From Chamaesiphon sp. (lineage in GTDB: Bacteria; Cyanobacteriota; Cyanobacteriia; Cyanobacteriales; Chamaesiphonaceae), in NCBI GenBank assembly GCA_965246715.1, contig CBDFFH010000021.1, positions 128,001-192,000 of the forward strand: a stretch of DNA of 64,000 nt, given 5' to 3'. The notes under the pieces were generated by a model. It was given only the letters and a program-made list of their open reading frames with translations. It did no database searches and was not told the DNA's origin. Within the stretch, counting starts at the first letter, position 1, and every line of letters starts with the position of its first letter. The position numbers were made by a program, and so were the translations under genes. Positions 39,088 through 48,600 of this stretch are shown in pieces.

Positions 39088-39261
39088 TTAGATCTTGCGC
39101 TGTTGAGCTGGGTTAGGTTCGGGTTTTCGATCGGTTAGTAAAGCGGGTGGCAGCACCTCGGTACCCATTGCGGCAGCGATTTCGGCAGGGATACGATCGA
39201 ACTTGCCTTTGGACGGGGTGACGGGATTTATCATGCTGTCTAGATCGTTATTTTGCAACAT
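39088..39261 (-). CDS. Possible 57-aa small protein
   Basis: MLQNNDLDSMINPVTPSKGKFDRIPAEIAAAMGTEVLPPALLTDRKPEPNPAQQRKI*, co-oriented between stress genes; no family recognised. Confidence 0.35.
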   Translation of the reverse strand: MLQNNDLDSMINPVTPSKGKFDRIPAEIAAAMGTEVLPPALLTDRKPEPNPAQQRKI

Positions 39262-39293
39262 TGTTTAGCTTCTAGTTAATTCAATGTGGATGG

Positions 39294-39671
39294 CTAGCGA
39301 TGGTCGATGGAGTCGTAGGTGCCGCCAAATAAGCGATCGTGAATCATTTCACTCCCCAAAAAGTCATGCGGGAAACCCAGTTCGATCTGACTGACTCGAT
39401 CGAGTTTTTGCAATTGTTCTGGGGATAGGCTTACTTCCAGGCACTTGAGGTTGTCTTGAAGTTGCTCTAGTTTGCTCGCACCCAGAATCGGAATCATTTG
39501 GGAACTCTGAGCGCGAATCCAGGCTAAGGCGATTTGAGCGGAGGAGCAGCCATGGCATTGGCGGCGGGTATCTTTTGGTGCACCCCAGCCCCAATCTTCA
39601 CCAAAAGTTATCGTGCCCAAACACAGTTCGGAGACGCGCAATCCACTCTTACCTGGTAACTTATACCGCAT
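39294..39671 (-). pseudogene. Aldo/keto reductase with a large internal deletion
   Basis: AKR N-terminus (GKSGLRVSELCLGTITFGEDWGWG) joined directly to the AKR C-terminus (AQIALAW, IPILGASKLEQLQDNL); the catalytic core is absent. Confidence 0.85.
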
Positions 39672-40282
39672 CTTGATAATTTCCTAATTGGGATTTATTA
39701 CCGGAGGAGCTGCAAAATTAATTAACTACTTCTTCCTCCTTATGCCTATCAAGACCTTCGGCTTGGCGATCTAGCCTGACTTGGTACGAATTTTCCTTCG
39801 ATAAAGTCTCCAATTATTACTGGAGCTTGCTGGTATTATAAATATCTCGATAGCTGTCATAACATCTGTCGATCGAGATATAGACAGATTAAATACCGAC
39901 CGATCGCCAAAAAAAATCGATCGCGCTGAGGCAACAATCTTGGCGTGTTCCGCGCTCGAACTGGATTGTCTGCCTCGTTAACACAAGTTAAACAAATTCG
40001 CGTCTTAGATTCTGCCGATCGTCGAATACTTTACTAAAAGACAGAGCCAGAAATACCTCAAAGTTTCTCTGGCTCTAGGCTCTTGCTGGCTTTCAATTTC
40101 TGGCGAGTGGCCACTTTTAGATTCCAATACTGAAACTTAGTTATACCAATGCATAACCACAGCATGAGTATTTCAGACTTTGATGGTGCCAGCGTTAAGT
40201 TCTAATGTGGTCGACTACACCTTCAAATCACAAAAGGGAACAATCGATCGATCCCTCCCTTGCTATTCCATGACCGCGATTA

Positions 40283-40927
40283 TTATTGCCTCGCCCAATT
40301 AGTAGCTGCCCAAATCCGAATGAATAACACCGCTGATACTAGCGCACCCAATCCCCACTTGACAGAATTTTTAATTAAAGCCGTCTTTTGACTACTCTTG
40401 GTAATTGAAGCGCGATCTTTCAAATTTTTCTCTGCTGTAGCCGCATCTTGCAATAGTTTAGATTTGAAAATTTGTGGATCTGTACCTGCTGCCTTATTAC
40501 TCTTCATCAATGCCTCAATTTGGGCGGCTGGTGCTTTTTCAACTTGTGCTTGAATCTGTTGAAGCTTAGTTATTTCCGGATTGTATTGTGCGTTTATTTG
40601 CTCTTGACCGCGATCGTTAAGTCCGGGGAAGGTAATAAATAAGATTACCAACAAGACTAAATAAAACACCCCGGTCAATAACGATATCCAAGATAATGCT
40701 TTAAGTGCGAGTAGCTCTCTTTTCTTGCGAGCTTCATTATTGCCATAAAAAACCATGGCAAAGCCAATCAGCGGCACGGCCGAGCGTTCTACAAATCCAC
40801 CAGCAGTTTGAAACTGCCACCCAGGATTACTAAACTGAGGTGGAATGAACGCGCTAATCACATCAAACAAAGTTAGGATCAATAATCCATAACCAACGAG
40901 CCGAAATAAAAATACAACAGAAGTCAT
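40283..40927 (-). CDS. HpsJ-family membrane protein (cyanoexosortase-associated)
   Basis: Four TM segments with IPPQF.NP.WQFQ..G.FVER..VPLIG; downstream of crtA. Confidence 0.8.
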   Translation of the reverse strand: MTSVVFLFRLVGYGLLILTLFDVISAFIPPQFSNPGWQFQTAGGFVERSAVPLIGFAMVFYGNNEARKKRELLALKALSWISLLTGVFYLVLLVILFITFPGLNDRGQEQINAQYNPEITKLQQIQAQVEKAPAAQIEALMKSNKAAGTDPQIFKSKLLQDAATAEKNLKDRASITKSSQKTALIKNSVKWGLGALVSAVLFIRIWAATNWARQ

Positions 40928-40983
40928 TTAGGATAGCCTTTTAATATAACCGAAGAGTGGAAAGGTTTAGTGAGCAATTTCTT

Positions 40984-41757
40984 CTACGCTGCTGGAAAAT
41001 GAACTTGCCACCAATGTATCCATGTCACCCCGATCGTTTCTAACGTTTTCATAGTAACATCCGGTGTCGCGCGATCGATCGGTGTCGATAATACCGTCCA
41101 GACACAACGACTATCTCGCAATGTTTGTTGGCCTAACAACCATGGCAACAACCGCTTTACAGATAGGCTGCTTAAAGGATTGGGGTTGCTATTGGTGTGA
41201 AATCGATCCGCCGCTACTGTCGTTATCCCCTGGGGATTGATACACGTACTGAAATAAGCTCTTTCCTTATGAACGAATAAGCTGTAGTCACCAACATTTG
41301 GCTGTTGCTTGGTCGTCGTCGACAGCAGGACGGTATCCGGAACATCAGTAAATGCTGGCAGCAGTCGTTCCATTGCTGGTGGATTGGCCACCCCATCGGT
41401 GATATAGCGAACTTGAATGTCGATCGGTTGTGATTGCTGCTGATAGCGATAGCGATATTGTCGCCCGATCGCCACTGTTTTATTCGGGAATTGATGATCC
41501 GGTAACGATTTACTCTCGATCTGCTGTAAATCGGTCAAGGATGTGGGTTGGGGAAAATTTAGCGAGTTCGTGTTGCGCAGATTTGATTTAGTCGGATTGT
41601 TAACAATCGCACAGCCGAGTGCACCGATCGTGCTACAACACAGTAGCGACAACCAAGATTGACGGGCGATGGTAGTAATTATGCTTCTAGTCACGATCGA
41701 GATTCTGGCTCCTCTTGCTCTGGTGGTCGAACGGTAAAGACTTGAATTAATACCCAC
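40984..41757 (-). CDS. Cyanoexosortase A system-associated protein
   Basis: N-terminal TM, G.YSLF, AYFSTCINP.G..TV, WLLGQ..LRD.RCVW. The true start may be the GTG near 41694. Confidence 0.8.
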   Translation of the reverse strand: MGINSSLYRSTTRARGARISIVTRSIITTIARQSWLSLLCCSTIGALGCAIVNNPTKSNLRNTNSLNFPQPTSLTDLQQIESKSLPDHQFPNKTVAIGRQYRYRYQQQSQPIDIQVRYITDGVANPPAMERLLPAFTDVPDTVLLSTTTKQQPNVGDYSLFVHKERAYFSTCINPQGITTVAADRFHTNSNPNPLSSLSVKRLLPWLLGQQTLRDSRCVWTVLSTPIDRATPDVTMKTLETIGVTWIHWWQVHFPAA

Positions 41758-42563
41758 ACGAGGAGTACTAGCAGCAGTGTAGAAATCACGGAAAACACTA
41801 GTGAACCCGAGCCTTCGTGCCAGTAATCAAATGCAGCAATCTGTTTTTGAGATACCAAAATTGCCATCAATGCTACACGGAGCGAATTTACCACAAAACC
41901 GATCGCTACAGCAGCGATCGGTAAAATTAATTTTTGATGCCGTTTCCACGGTAAGGGGAGAAGTGTCAAAAATAGCACTGACATCCCCAATAACTGTGCC
42001 ATGGCAACCACGCCAGAACAGCCACTGTAAACCTGAACGTTTCCTCCTGGTAGTTGGAGATAAATGCCGTTTTGGGTGACAGGAAAACCGGCATACCAAA
42101 GGAATGAACTAGCAAATTGGGCGGTAATTGGCGAGGGATCGGTAAGTTTTGATAATACTACTTCCGGAATGCCTAAGAAAAATAGCAACACTAACTCTCG
42201 CCCGTAAATTTTCAAGCCTCGAAAGCCGGAGGCAATTAAAGCTAACGAGATCCCAGCAATAAATGGATAACCAATCAGAAAGGATTGCTCGCAGTAACCA
42301 ATACTTTTAAGTAACAACAGTAATAGTAATAAACCGCCGCATAAGCTTGCTACCACTCCAGTCTCGAACTTTAATTGGGTGTGGCGCTCCCAAATTAGAT
42401 GAGCTGCAGTTGCCCAAAATAGCAAACTGGTGATTTGACGATCGGGACTACATATTTTATAAACAAGGGTCAGCTGGATGGCAATAACAGCAGCACTTAA
42501 TACTAAGAGTAAAAAATGTGGCGTTGTCAGCGAATTGCGGAGGAGAAAATCCTGTTGTTTCAT
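41691..42563 (-). CDS. crtA: Cyanoexosortase A
   Basis: Multi-TM protein with the exosortase triad: VYSGCSG (Cys), VNSLRVA (Arg), FDYWHEG (His). Confidence 0.9.
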   Translation of the reverse strand: MKQQDFLLRNSLTTPHFLLLVLSAAVIAIQLTLVYKICSPDRQITSLLFWATAAHLIWERHTQLKFETGVVASLCGGLLLLLLLLKSIGYCEQSFLIGYPFIAGISLALIASGFRGLKIYGRELVLLFFLGIPEVVLSKLTDPSPITAQFASSFLWYAGFPVTQNGIYLQLPGGNVQVYSGCSGVVAMAQLLGMSVLFLTLLPLPWKRHQKLILPIAAVAIGFVVNSLRVALMAILVSQKQIAAFDYWHEGSGSLVFSVISTLLLVLLVWVLIQVFTVRPPEQEEPESRS

Positions 42564-42994
42564 ACTTTAGATAGATTGTGTCTATGTGTCGTGCTCCCGA
42601 TCGACAGCACGGATGTGAGGTAAACGTTACCCATTCACAAATAAATCGATTTGGGTATGCGAAAACTGCCAATCTAAGTATTACCCATCTTGGTTAAAAT
42701 CTTCGATCTTTTTGAGCTAAATTTTGGTGCGCGAACATCTCGATCTTTACTACAGCCACAGAGAATTACCCGCTCGTTAATCCCCTCTCGATCGCGATCT
42801 TACGCTGAAGCGCTCGCTTCACAGATCGAGTTAAAATTGGCAACCGAGGATCATGCTAGCATTGTGAACCGATGCAGAGTTGCCAGACAATTCGCGCACG
42901 CGGTTTAACCGAGCTACCGAGCGACATGTACTTCGGATTATCGAAGTATAGGCTTTGTAGTACAAGCAGCGGTTGCAACCGCTGCGAGATTAGG

Positions 42995-43654
42995 TTATTT
43001 ATTGTTCACTCCCAGACCAGTTTGACCGAAGGTATCGAGTACGATTTGACAATTATGCTGTGTCGATCGATCGACCGTGGGCGGCGCGATGGGGTCGCAG
43101 GTGTAACTACCGATCCTAAATTTTTGGGAATTGCAAATTTTTAAGTTGTAGCCGTAGCTTTGAGCCACACGACCGAACCGATCGAGCGTCCGATAGCGTT
43201 CGAGATAATCTAAACCATTCCAGGATTGGGTATTTACTAATAAATAAACTTGATGTTGACGGCGATCGGCAATCCAGTTTGTAACTAATTTTGCTGAAAA
43301 TTCTTCACTCGTCCACCACAAACTCGGGAGCGTCATTCCCTTCGCGGAGACTGTATCTGCGGTAACGATATTATCATCGGCACCGCGATCGCTTGACTTT
43401 AATAAACTGAGATCGACCTCACAAATTTCTGGTGTAGATAAGTCAGCATTTTGCTGAGACAAGGCCATAGGTATCCCACCAAGAGTTAGGGCTAGACCGA
43501 TACCACAGCCGATCGAGCTAGATTGTAATTTATTTAACCAGCCGAGCCGCTGGATCGGTCGAACAGCTTGGGTACCGCTGGCAATTATTTTGGATGATAA
43601 TAACAGATAGATAATACAATCGTCTGTTAATTTATTTACAAATTGTCTAACCAT
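42995..43654 (-). CDS. Conserved cyanobacterial hypothetical protein, probably exported
   Basis: TLPSLWW...LVTNW...VYLLVN...W..LDYLERY....FG.VA..YGYNL pattern. The true start is probably downstream of 43654. Confidence 0.6.
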   Translation of the reverse strand: MVRQFVNKLTDDCIIYLLLSSKIIASGTQAVRPIQRLGWLNKLQSSSIGCGIGLALTLGGIPMALSQQNADLSTPEICEVDLSLLKSSDRGADDNIVTADTVSAKGMTLPSLWWTSEEFSAKLVTNWIADRRQHQVYLLVNTQSWNGLDYLERYRTLDRFGRVAQSYGYNLKICNSQKFRIGSYTCDPIAPPTVDRSTQHNCQIVLDTFGQTGLGVNNK

Positions 43655-44099
43655 GGTAGCTCAACTTTTTGATGGTGCTAATTTATTCGTCCTACCATTC
43701 TGGACTTTAATCATTTTTCTCCCTAATTGGGATGTTACTGGTAAAGTAATTCGCTCGCCGTTGCCATTTATCGCCTTATCGGGATTGTATATTTATCTGC
43801 TCGTTGTGGCCATCACCCCCGAATCAGCTCAAGCACTTGCCAATCCTAAATTGGCCGATATCGCGCGCTTTTTTGCCGATGAGGGTGCAGCCGCAGTCGG
43901 GTGGGTACATTTTCTGGTGATGGATTTATTTGTCGGACGCTGGATTTATCTCGAAGGGCAACGTACTGGGGTCTTTACCGCTCACTCGCTGGTATTTTGC
44001 CTGTTCTTTGGGCCGATCGGTTTATTATCGCATCTACTCACTGGCGCGATCGCCGATCGATTTGGTAAAACCAACCACGCGAATCCAGCAGAGGGATAG
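43653..44099 (+). CDS. ABA4-like (DUF4281) membrane protein
   Basis: FVLPFW.L.I.LP.W, GWVHFLVMDLFVGRWI, FGPIGLLSH. Confidence 0.88.
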   Translation: MVAQLFDGANLFVLPFWTLIIFLPNWDVTGKVIRSPLPFIALSGLYIYLLVVAITPESAQALANPKLADIARFFADEGAAAVGWVHFLVMDLFVGRWIYLEGQRTGVFTAHSLVFCLFFGPIGLLSHLLTGAIADRFGKTNHANPAEG

Positions 44100-44141
44100 C
44101 TGCGCCATTACTTGATGTCTATCTAGGGAGATTGGGGTTGT

Positions 44142-44750
44142 CTAAAATTCAATCCCAGGTTGGGCTTTGACACCTTGTTCGCGATAGGGATGTTTGATAA
44201 GCGTCATTTCTGTGACCAAATCTGCGACATCGATGAGACTCTGAGGTGCGCCTCTACCCGTGAGAATTATATGCGAGAGCGCGGGTTTTTGTGCTAATCC
44301 AGCAATGACGACTTCGGGGCTGAGATAGCCCAATTTGAGGGCAATATTCACCTCGTCTAGTAAGACGAGTCGATACTGCGGATCGATGATATAACTTAAG
44401 GCTTTTTCCCACGCAAGTTGAGCGGTGGCAATGTCGCGATCGCGATCCTGGGTATCCCAGGTAAATCCTTCACCCATTGCATGGAATTCTAATTGGCCTT
44501 CAAAGCGGGCGAGGACGGCTTTTTCGGCGGGTTCCCAAGCACCTTTGATGAATTGGACGATCGCGACGCGATAGCCGTGTCCGAGCGATCTGAGTACCAT
44601 TCCCAGCGCGGCGGTAGTTTTACCTTTGCCTGTCCCGGTATTGACGATAATCAGACCTTTTTCTTCGATCGATCGATCGATCCGTTCTGCTTGGATCTCC
44701 TGCCGACGCTGCATTTTTTGTTTGTACTGTTCGGCGGTAAGGTCGGTCAT
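44142..44750 (-). CDS. cobO: Cob(I)yrinic acid a,c-diamide adenosyltransferase
   Basis: TGTGKGKTTAALG, VQFIKG, GEGFTW, LLDE, LTGRGAP, ADLVTEM..KHP, AQPGIEF. Confidence 0.96.
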   Translation of the reverse strand: MTDLTAEQYKQKMQRRQEIQAERIDRSIEEKGLIIVNTGTGKGKTTAALGMVLRSLGHGYRVAIVQFIKGAWEPAEKAVLARFEGQLEFHAMGEGFTWDTQDRDRDIATAQLAWEKALSYIIDPQYRLVLLDEVNIALKLGYLSPEVVIAGLAQKPALSHIILTGRGAPQSLIDVADLVTEMTLIKHPYREQGVKAQPGIEF

Positions 44751-44963
44751 TTTAGGGGATAGGGGATAGTGGATAGCGAGCCAAACAGGGGTAGAAGTGT
44801 ATAATTGCTCTTGCTGTTAGTATTTATAATTTGAAGTTTATCTGTTTTTCTTGCTAAATAGGGTAGCGAACTAATTTCGATCTAAATTTTACCAAATTAG
44901 ATAATTAGTACTGCCAAAAATCGCCCCTATCCTCGATTCCCTATCCCCTATCCCCTAATTACT

Positions 44964-45527
44964 TTGCCATCAGGACGTACTCACGATCGAGTCACTCTCT
45001 GGAGCTTACCATTAATTGCTGGCGGGACGCTATATACGACTGCCCGTGCCGATTTAGCATTTTGGGTGTCGGGCGGATTTTTGGTTAGTGGATTGATTTT
45101 TGGCCCAGATTTAGACTTATATTCGTTTCATTACAAACGCTGGGGTAAGTTACGGTGGCTATGGAAACCATATCAGCAGGCAATCAAACATCGATCGATC
45201 TGGTCGCACGGGCCGATTGTGGGGACGCTCGGGCGAATTTTTTATTTAAGCTTATGGTTGGGATTGGTGGGGTGTCTATATCTGGGGATAGTCCAAGCAA
45301 TCTGGGGACAGGCATATACAGGGAAACAGTTGCTGGGTATCTTACAACACTCGATCGATCGCGATCGATCGATCTACATCGCACTATTTTGCGGTCTAGA
45401 ATTGGGTGCGATGAGTCACTATCTCAGCGATTGGCTGGTATCTGGATTCAAGCACATAAATAAATGGCGGCATGGAACTAAGTCCACACCGCCAGCCAGA
45501 GTTAAGCAGGGAAAGAAGAGGGGATAG
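44964..45527 (+). CDS. DUF2227 metal-binding membrane protein
   Basis: MPSGRTHDR, GPDLD, HRSIWSHGP..GT..R, GAMSH..SD. Confidence 0.85.
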   Translation: MPSGRTHDRVTLWSLPLIAGGTLYTTARADLAFWVSGGFLVSGLIFGPDLDLYSFHYKRWGKLRWLWKPYQQAIKHRSIWSHGPIVGTLGRIFYLSLWLGLVGCLYLGIVQAIWGQAYTGKQLLGILQHSIDRDRSIYIALFCGLELGAMSHYLSDWLVSGFKHINKWRHGTKSTPPARVKQGKKRG

Positions 45528-45641
45528 GAATTAGGGGAGGAAGAATTAGTCAGATGCGGAGATCCTACCCACCCCGCCTTTCAGGCACCCCTCCGAGGAG
45601 GGGAATTTACCAGCTACTAGTCACTAGCCACTAGCCACTAT

Positions 45642-48600
45642 TTAAACAATTGCCAACACCTCACCTTGAATCATCCGTTTCGCCGCATCCAGCAGCGCTT
45701 CTTCGAGATAAGGTTTGATAAAGTAGCCGCTAGCGCCGAGTTGAGAGGCGATTTGGCGATGTCTGTCGCTACCGCGTGAGGTTAGCATGGCAACAGGAAC
45801 CTTTTTGAGTGCGGCATCTTTTTGGATGCGCGATAGGAATTCCAGTCCATCCATGCGCGGCATCTCGATATCGCAGAAGACGATATCGCAGGGTAGACCA
45901 GCCCGTAACTTGTCCCAGGCTTCTTGACCGTCGCGAGCTTGTTCGACACGGTAGCCAGCCCGTTTAAAGGTCAATGAGAGCAATTCGCGGACGGTGATCG
46001 AGTCATCAACAATCAAGACCATCGATTCGCGCAGTTCGACGGTTGGCGTATTGATTCGATCGGCCCACTGGGTCGAAACATGGCGGGTGAGCGTACCATT
46101 TGCTAGCGCGGTCAATTCCATCACATCCGCGATCGGGACGATCCGACCATCGCCGAGTACGGTAGCCCCAGCGATTCCTAGCGGTTTAGATGCTGGCCCT
46201 TGCAGCGGTTTGATGACGATTTCCTGGTCGCCAACGATCTTGTCTACTTGTACGGCGATTAAATTCCCGTCGCTCCGCAAAATCAGAATGGAGATCAGCT
46301 CGCTATCATCTTCCTGAGTGCCATAGAAATTATTGCGCGATAGGGGACGGTTGAATCCCAGCAGATCGGACAGCGGTTTGAAGGGCATCAGTTCGTCGCG
46401 CCAGAAGATGCACTGTTCGCCCGCTTGATTGGTTTGGATCTGTTCGGGACTGACATCTTGAGTATCTTCGATCCCGTCCATCGGGAAGGCGATATTCGTC
46501 TTATTATTGACCGCAATTAGGGCTTTGGCGATACTGAGTGCCAGTGGCAGCCGGATCGTAAACGTCGTACCGACACCGAGTTGAGATTCGGTAGCGATCG
46601 TCCCGCGAATTTCTGTCAGACTGGTGCGCACGACATCCATCCCGACACCGCGTCCGGCTAATTCATCTGCAGCATCTTTGGTGGAGAAGCTTGGCAGGAA
46701 CAGGAGTTCGTAAGTTTCAGTTTTGGACATTGCTGCCGCTTGGCGGGCGGTAATAATTCCTTTTTCGATCGCTTTAGCTTTAACCCGCTCGGTATCGATG
46801 CCCGCCCCATCATCCGAAATCGAGATGATCGTTTGGTTCCCTTGATGAAGGGCGCGAATCGTAATTTTACCTTCAGGCAGTTTGCCTGCAGCCTGGCGAG
46901 TTTCTGCGGATTCGATTCCATGAGCGATCGCGTTATTCACCATATGGATTAAGGGATCGGTGAGACTTTCGAGGATCACTTTATCGATGAGCGTATCACG
47001 ACCATCGACACTCAGTTCGATCTGCTTACCGTACTTGAGACCATTCTCCCGCACGCCCCGTTGCAAGCGATCGGCAGTTTGGGCAAAGGGCACCATCCGC
47101 GATTTGGTTAAGTCTTCCTGAAGTTGCCCAGTAATCTGCCGCAGCGTCCGCGTGACTTCGGTACTGCCATCGACGACAAATTCGATATCGGCAGTAGATT
47201 CGCGAATCCGTACCGTCAACTCGATCATCTTTTGCGAGAGCAAGTGAATGGGCGTAAATCGATCCATTTCGAGCGGATCGTATTCCATGAGCGCACCAGT
47301 CTGTTCCAAATCTTGGAGATTAGCTGGAACGCTATTGGGCGTGGCAGTCGGCTTGTATTGTTGACGACTGGCGACGAGGGAATTTTCCATCAACGATCGT
47401 TCGTAGAGATCTTGCATCCGCTTACCAACTTCGTTGAGCTTTTGGACTTCGGAGAGCAGTTTTTCGATAAACTGGCGCATCCGGTTTTGATCTTGTTCGA
47501 GCGTATTGCGATTGACAACGAGTTCCCCGACTAAGTTGTTGAGGTTGTCTAGATGTCTGACGGACACCCGCATGGTTTGCTCGAATGTCCGTTGTTTCGA
47601 TCGCCGATCTGGGGCTTTCTTTTCTATCGAAACTGCGGGTGGTTCGACCACAGTCGGTGTGGGTGCAGCTAACAAGAGATCGAGATCGTCGAGCGGAGCT
47701 GCTGAATTGGCTGTTGGTGCGGCAGTACCGATGAGATCGTCGAGACCGTCAAATGCGCCTGTCTCAGTCAGTACTACACCACCAACGCCCAAGATTGCCG
47801 CCCCACCTAAGAGCGCGTCTAGGCTACTGGCATCGGTGAGATCATCTGTTGGATCGGCGAACATCCCTGCTAAATCTAGCAATTCGCGATCGGCTAGATC
47901 GGTATTACTGTTGTCAAAATTAAAGTCTAACTCTGACAAGTCCTCGAAACTCGACAATCGATCCTCTTGAAGTGATGCCGTTGTGAAAGCTTCATTAGTG
48001 CCAACACGATCGAGATCTGCGCTCAAATCCAGTGCCAAAAGATCCATATTAAAGTTAGCATTCTCATTACTCGTAGCTCGATCGGCGGAGCCGGCAGAAT
48101 TATCGAGCACCTGAAGATCCAACTCTGCAAAATCCCGATCCCGATCGCTGCTGGAGATTTCCGATAACGCCGATGCGAGTTCTGGGTTTGAGGGGATCGA
48201 TTGTGGCATTTCTGCTGTAAGGTCGCTGGCTGAAGCGATTTCTTCAGTGCGATCGGTTAGATAGTTAAGATTCCAATCGTCGAACAGAGCGTTAGTGCGA
48301 TCCAATGCTGATGCCGGATCGTCGCTACCATCTGAATCAGCATTATCTTCGTCTAAGAAACTAAAGTCCAATCCGCCAAAATCGCTACTCTCGCTCAGAG
48401 CGGCTTCACCTACGATTGATGGCGACAAATCTTCGTCGCCAGAGAAATTGAGTTCTAATGCTTTGAGATCGCGATCGATCGCCGACTCCCGATCGACTGA
48501 ATTACCTGCAGGATTGAGATCTAGTGCGCCATTGTCAAGATCCGATCCTACGAGGTCGAGAGGCTTGGCAGCTGTGAAATCAAAGTCTAATTCTTCAATG

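Noticed and set aside
39700..40260. Possible sRNA or short ORFs between the AKR remnant and hpsJ
   Set aside because: Only a terminator-like hairpin (~40040-40076) is visible; no recognisable RNA family or convincing ORF.
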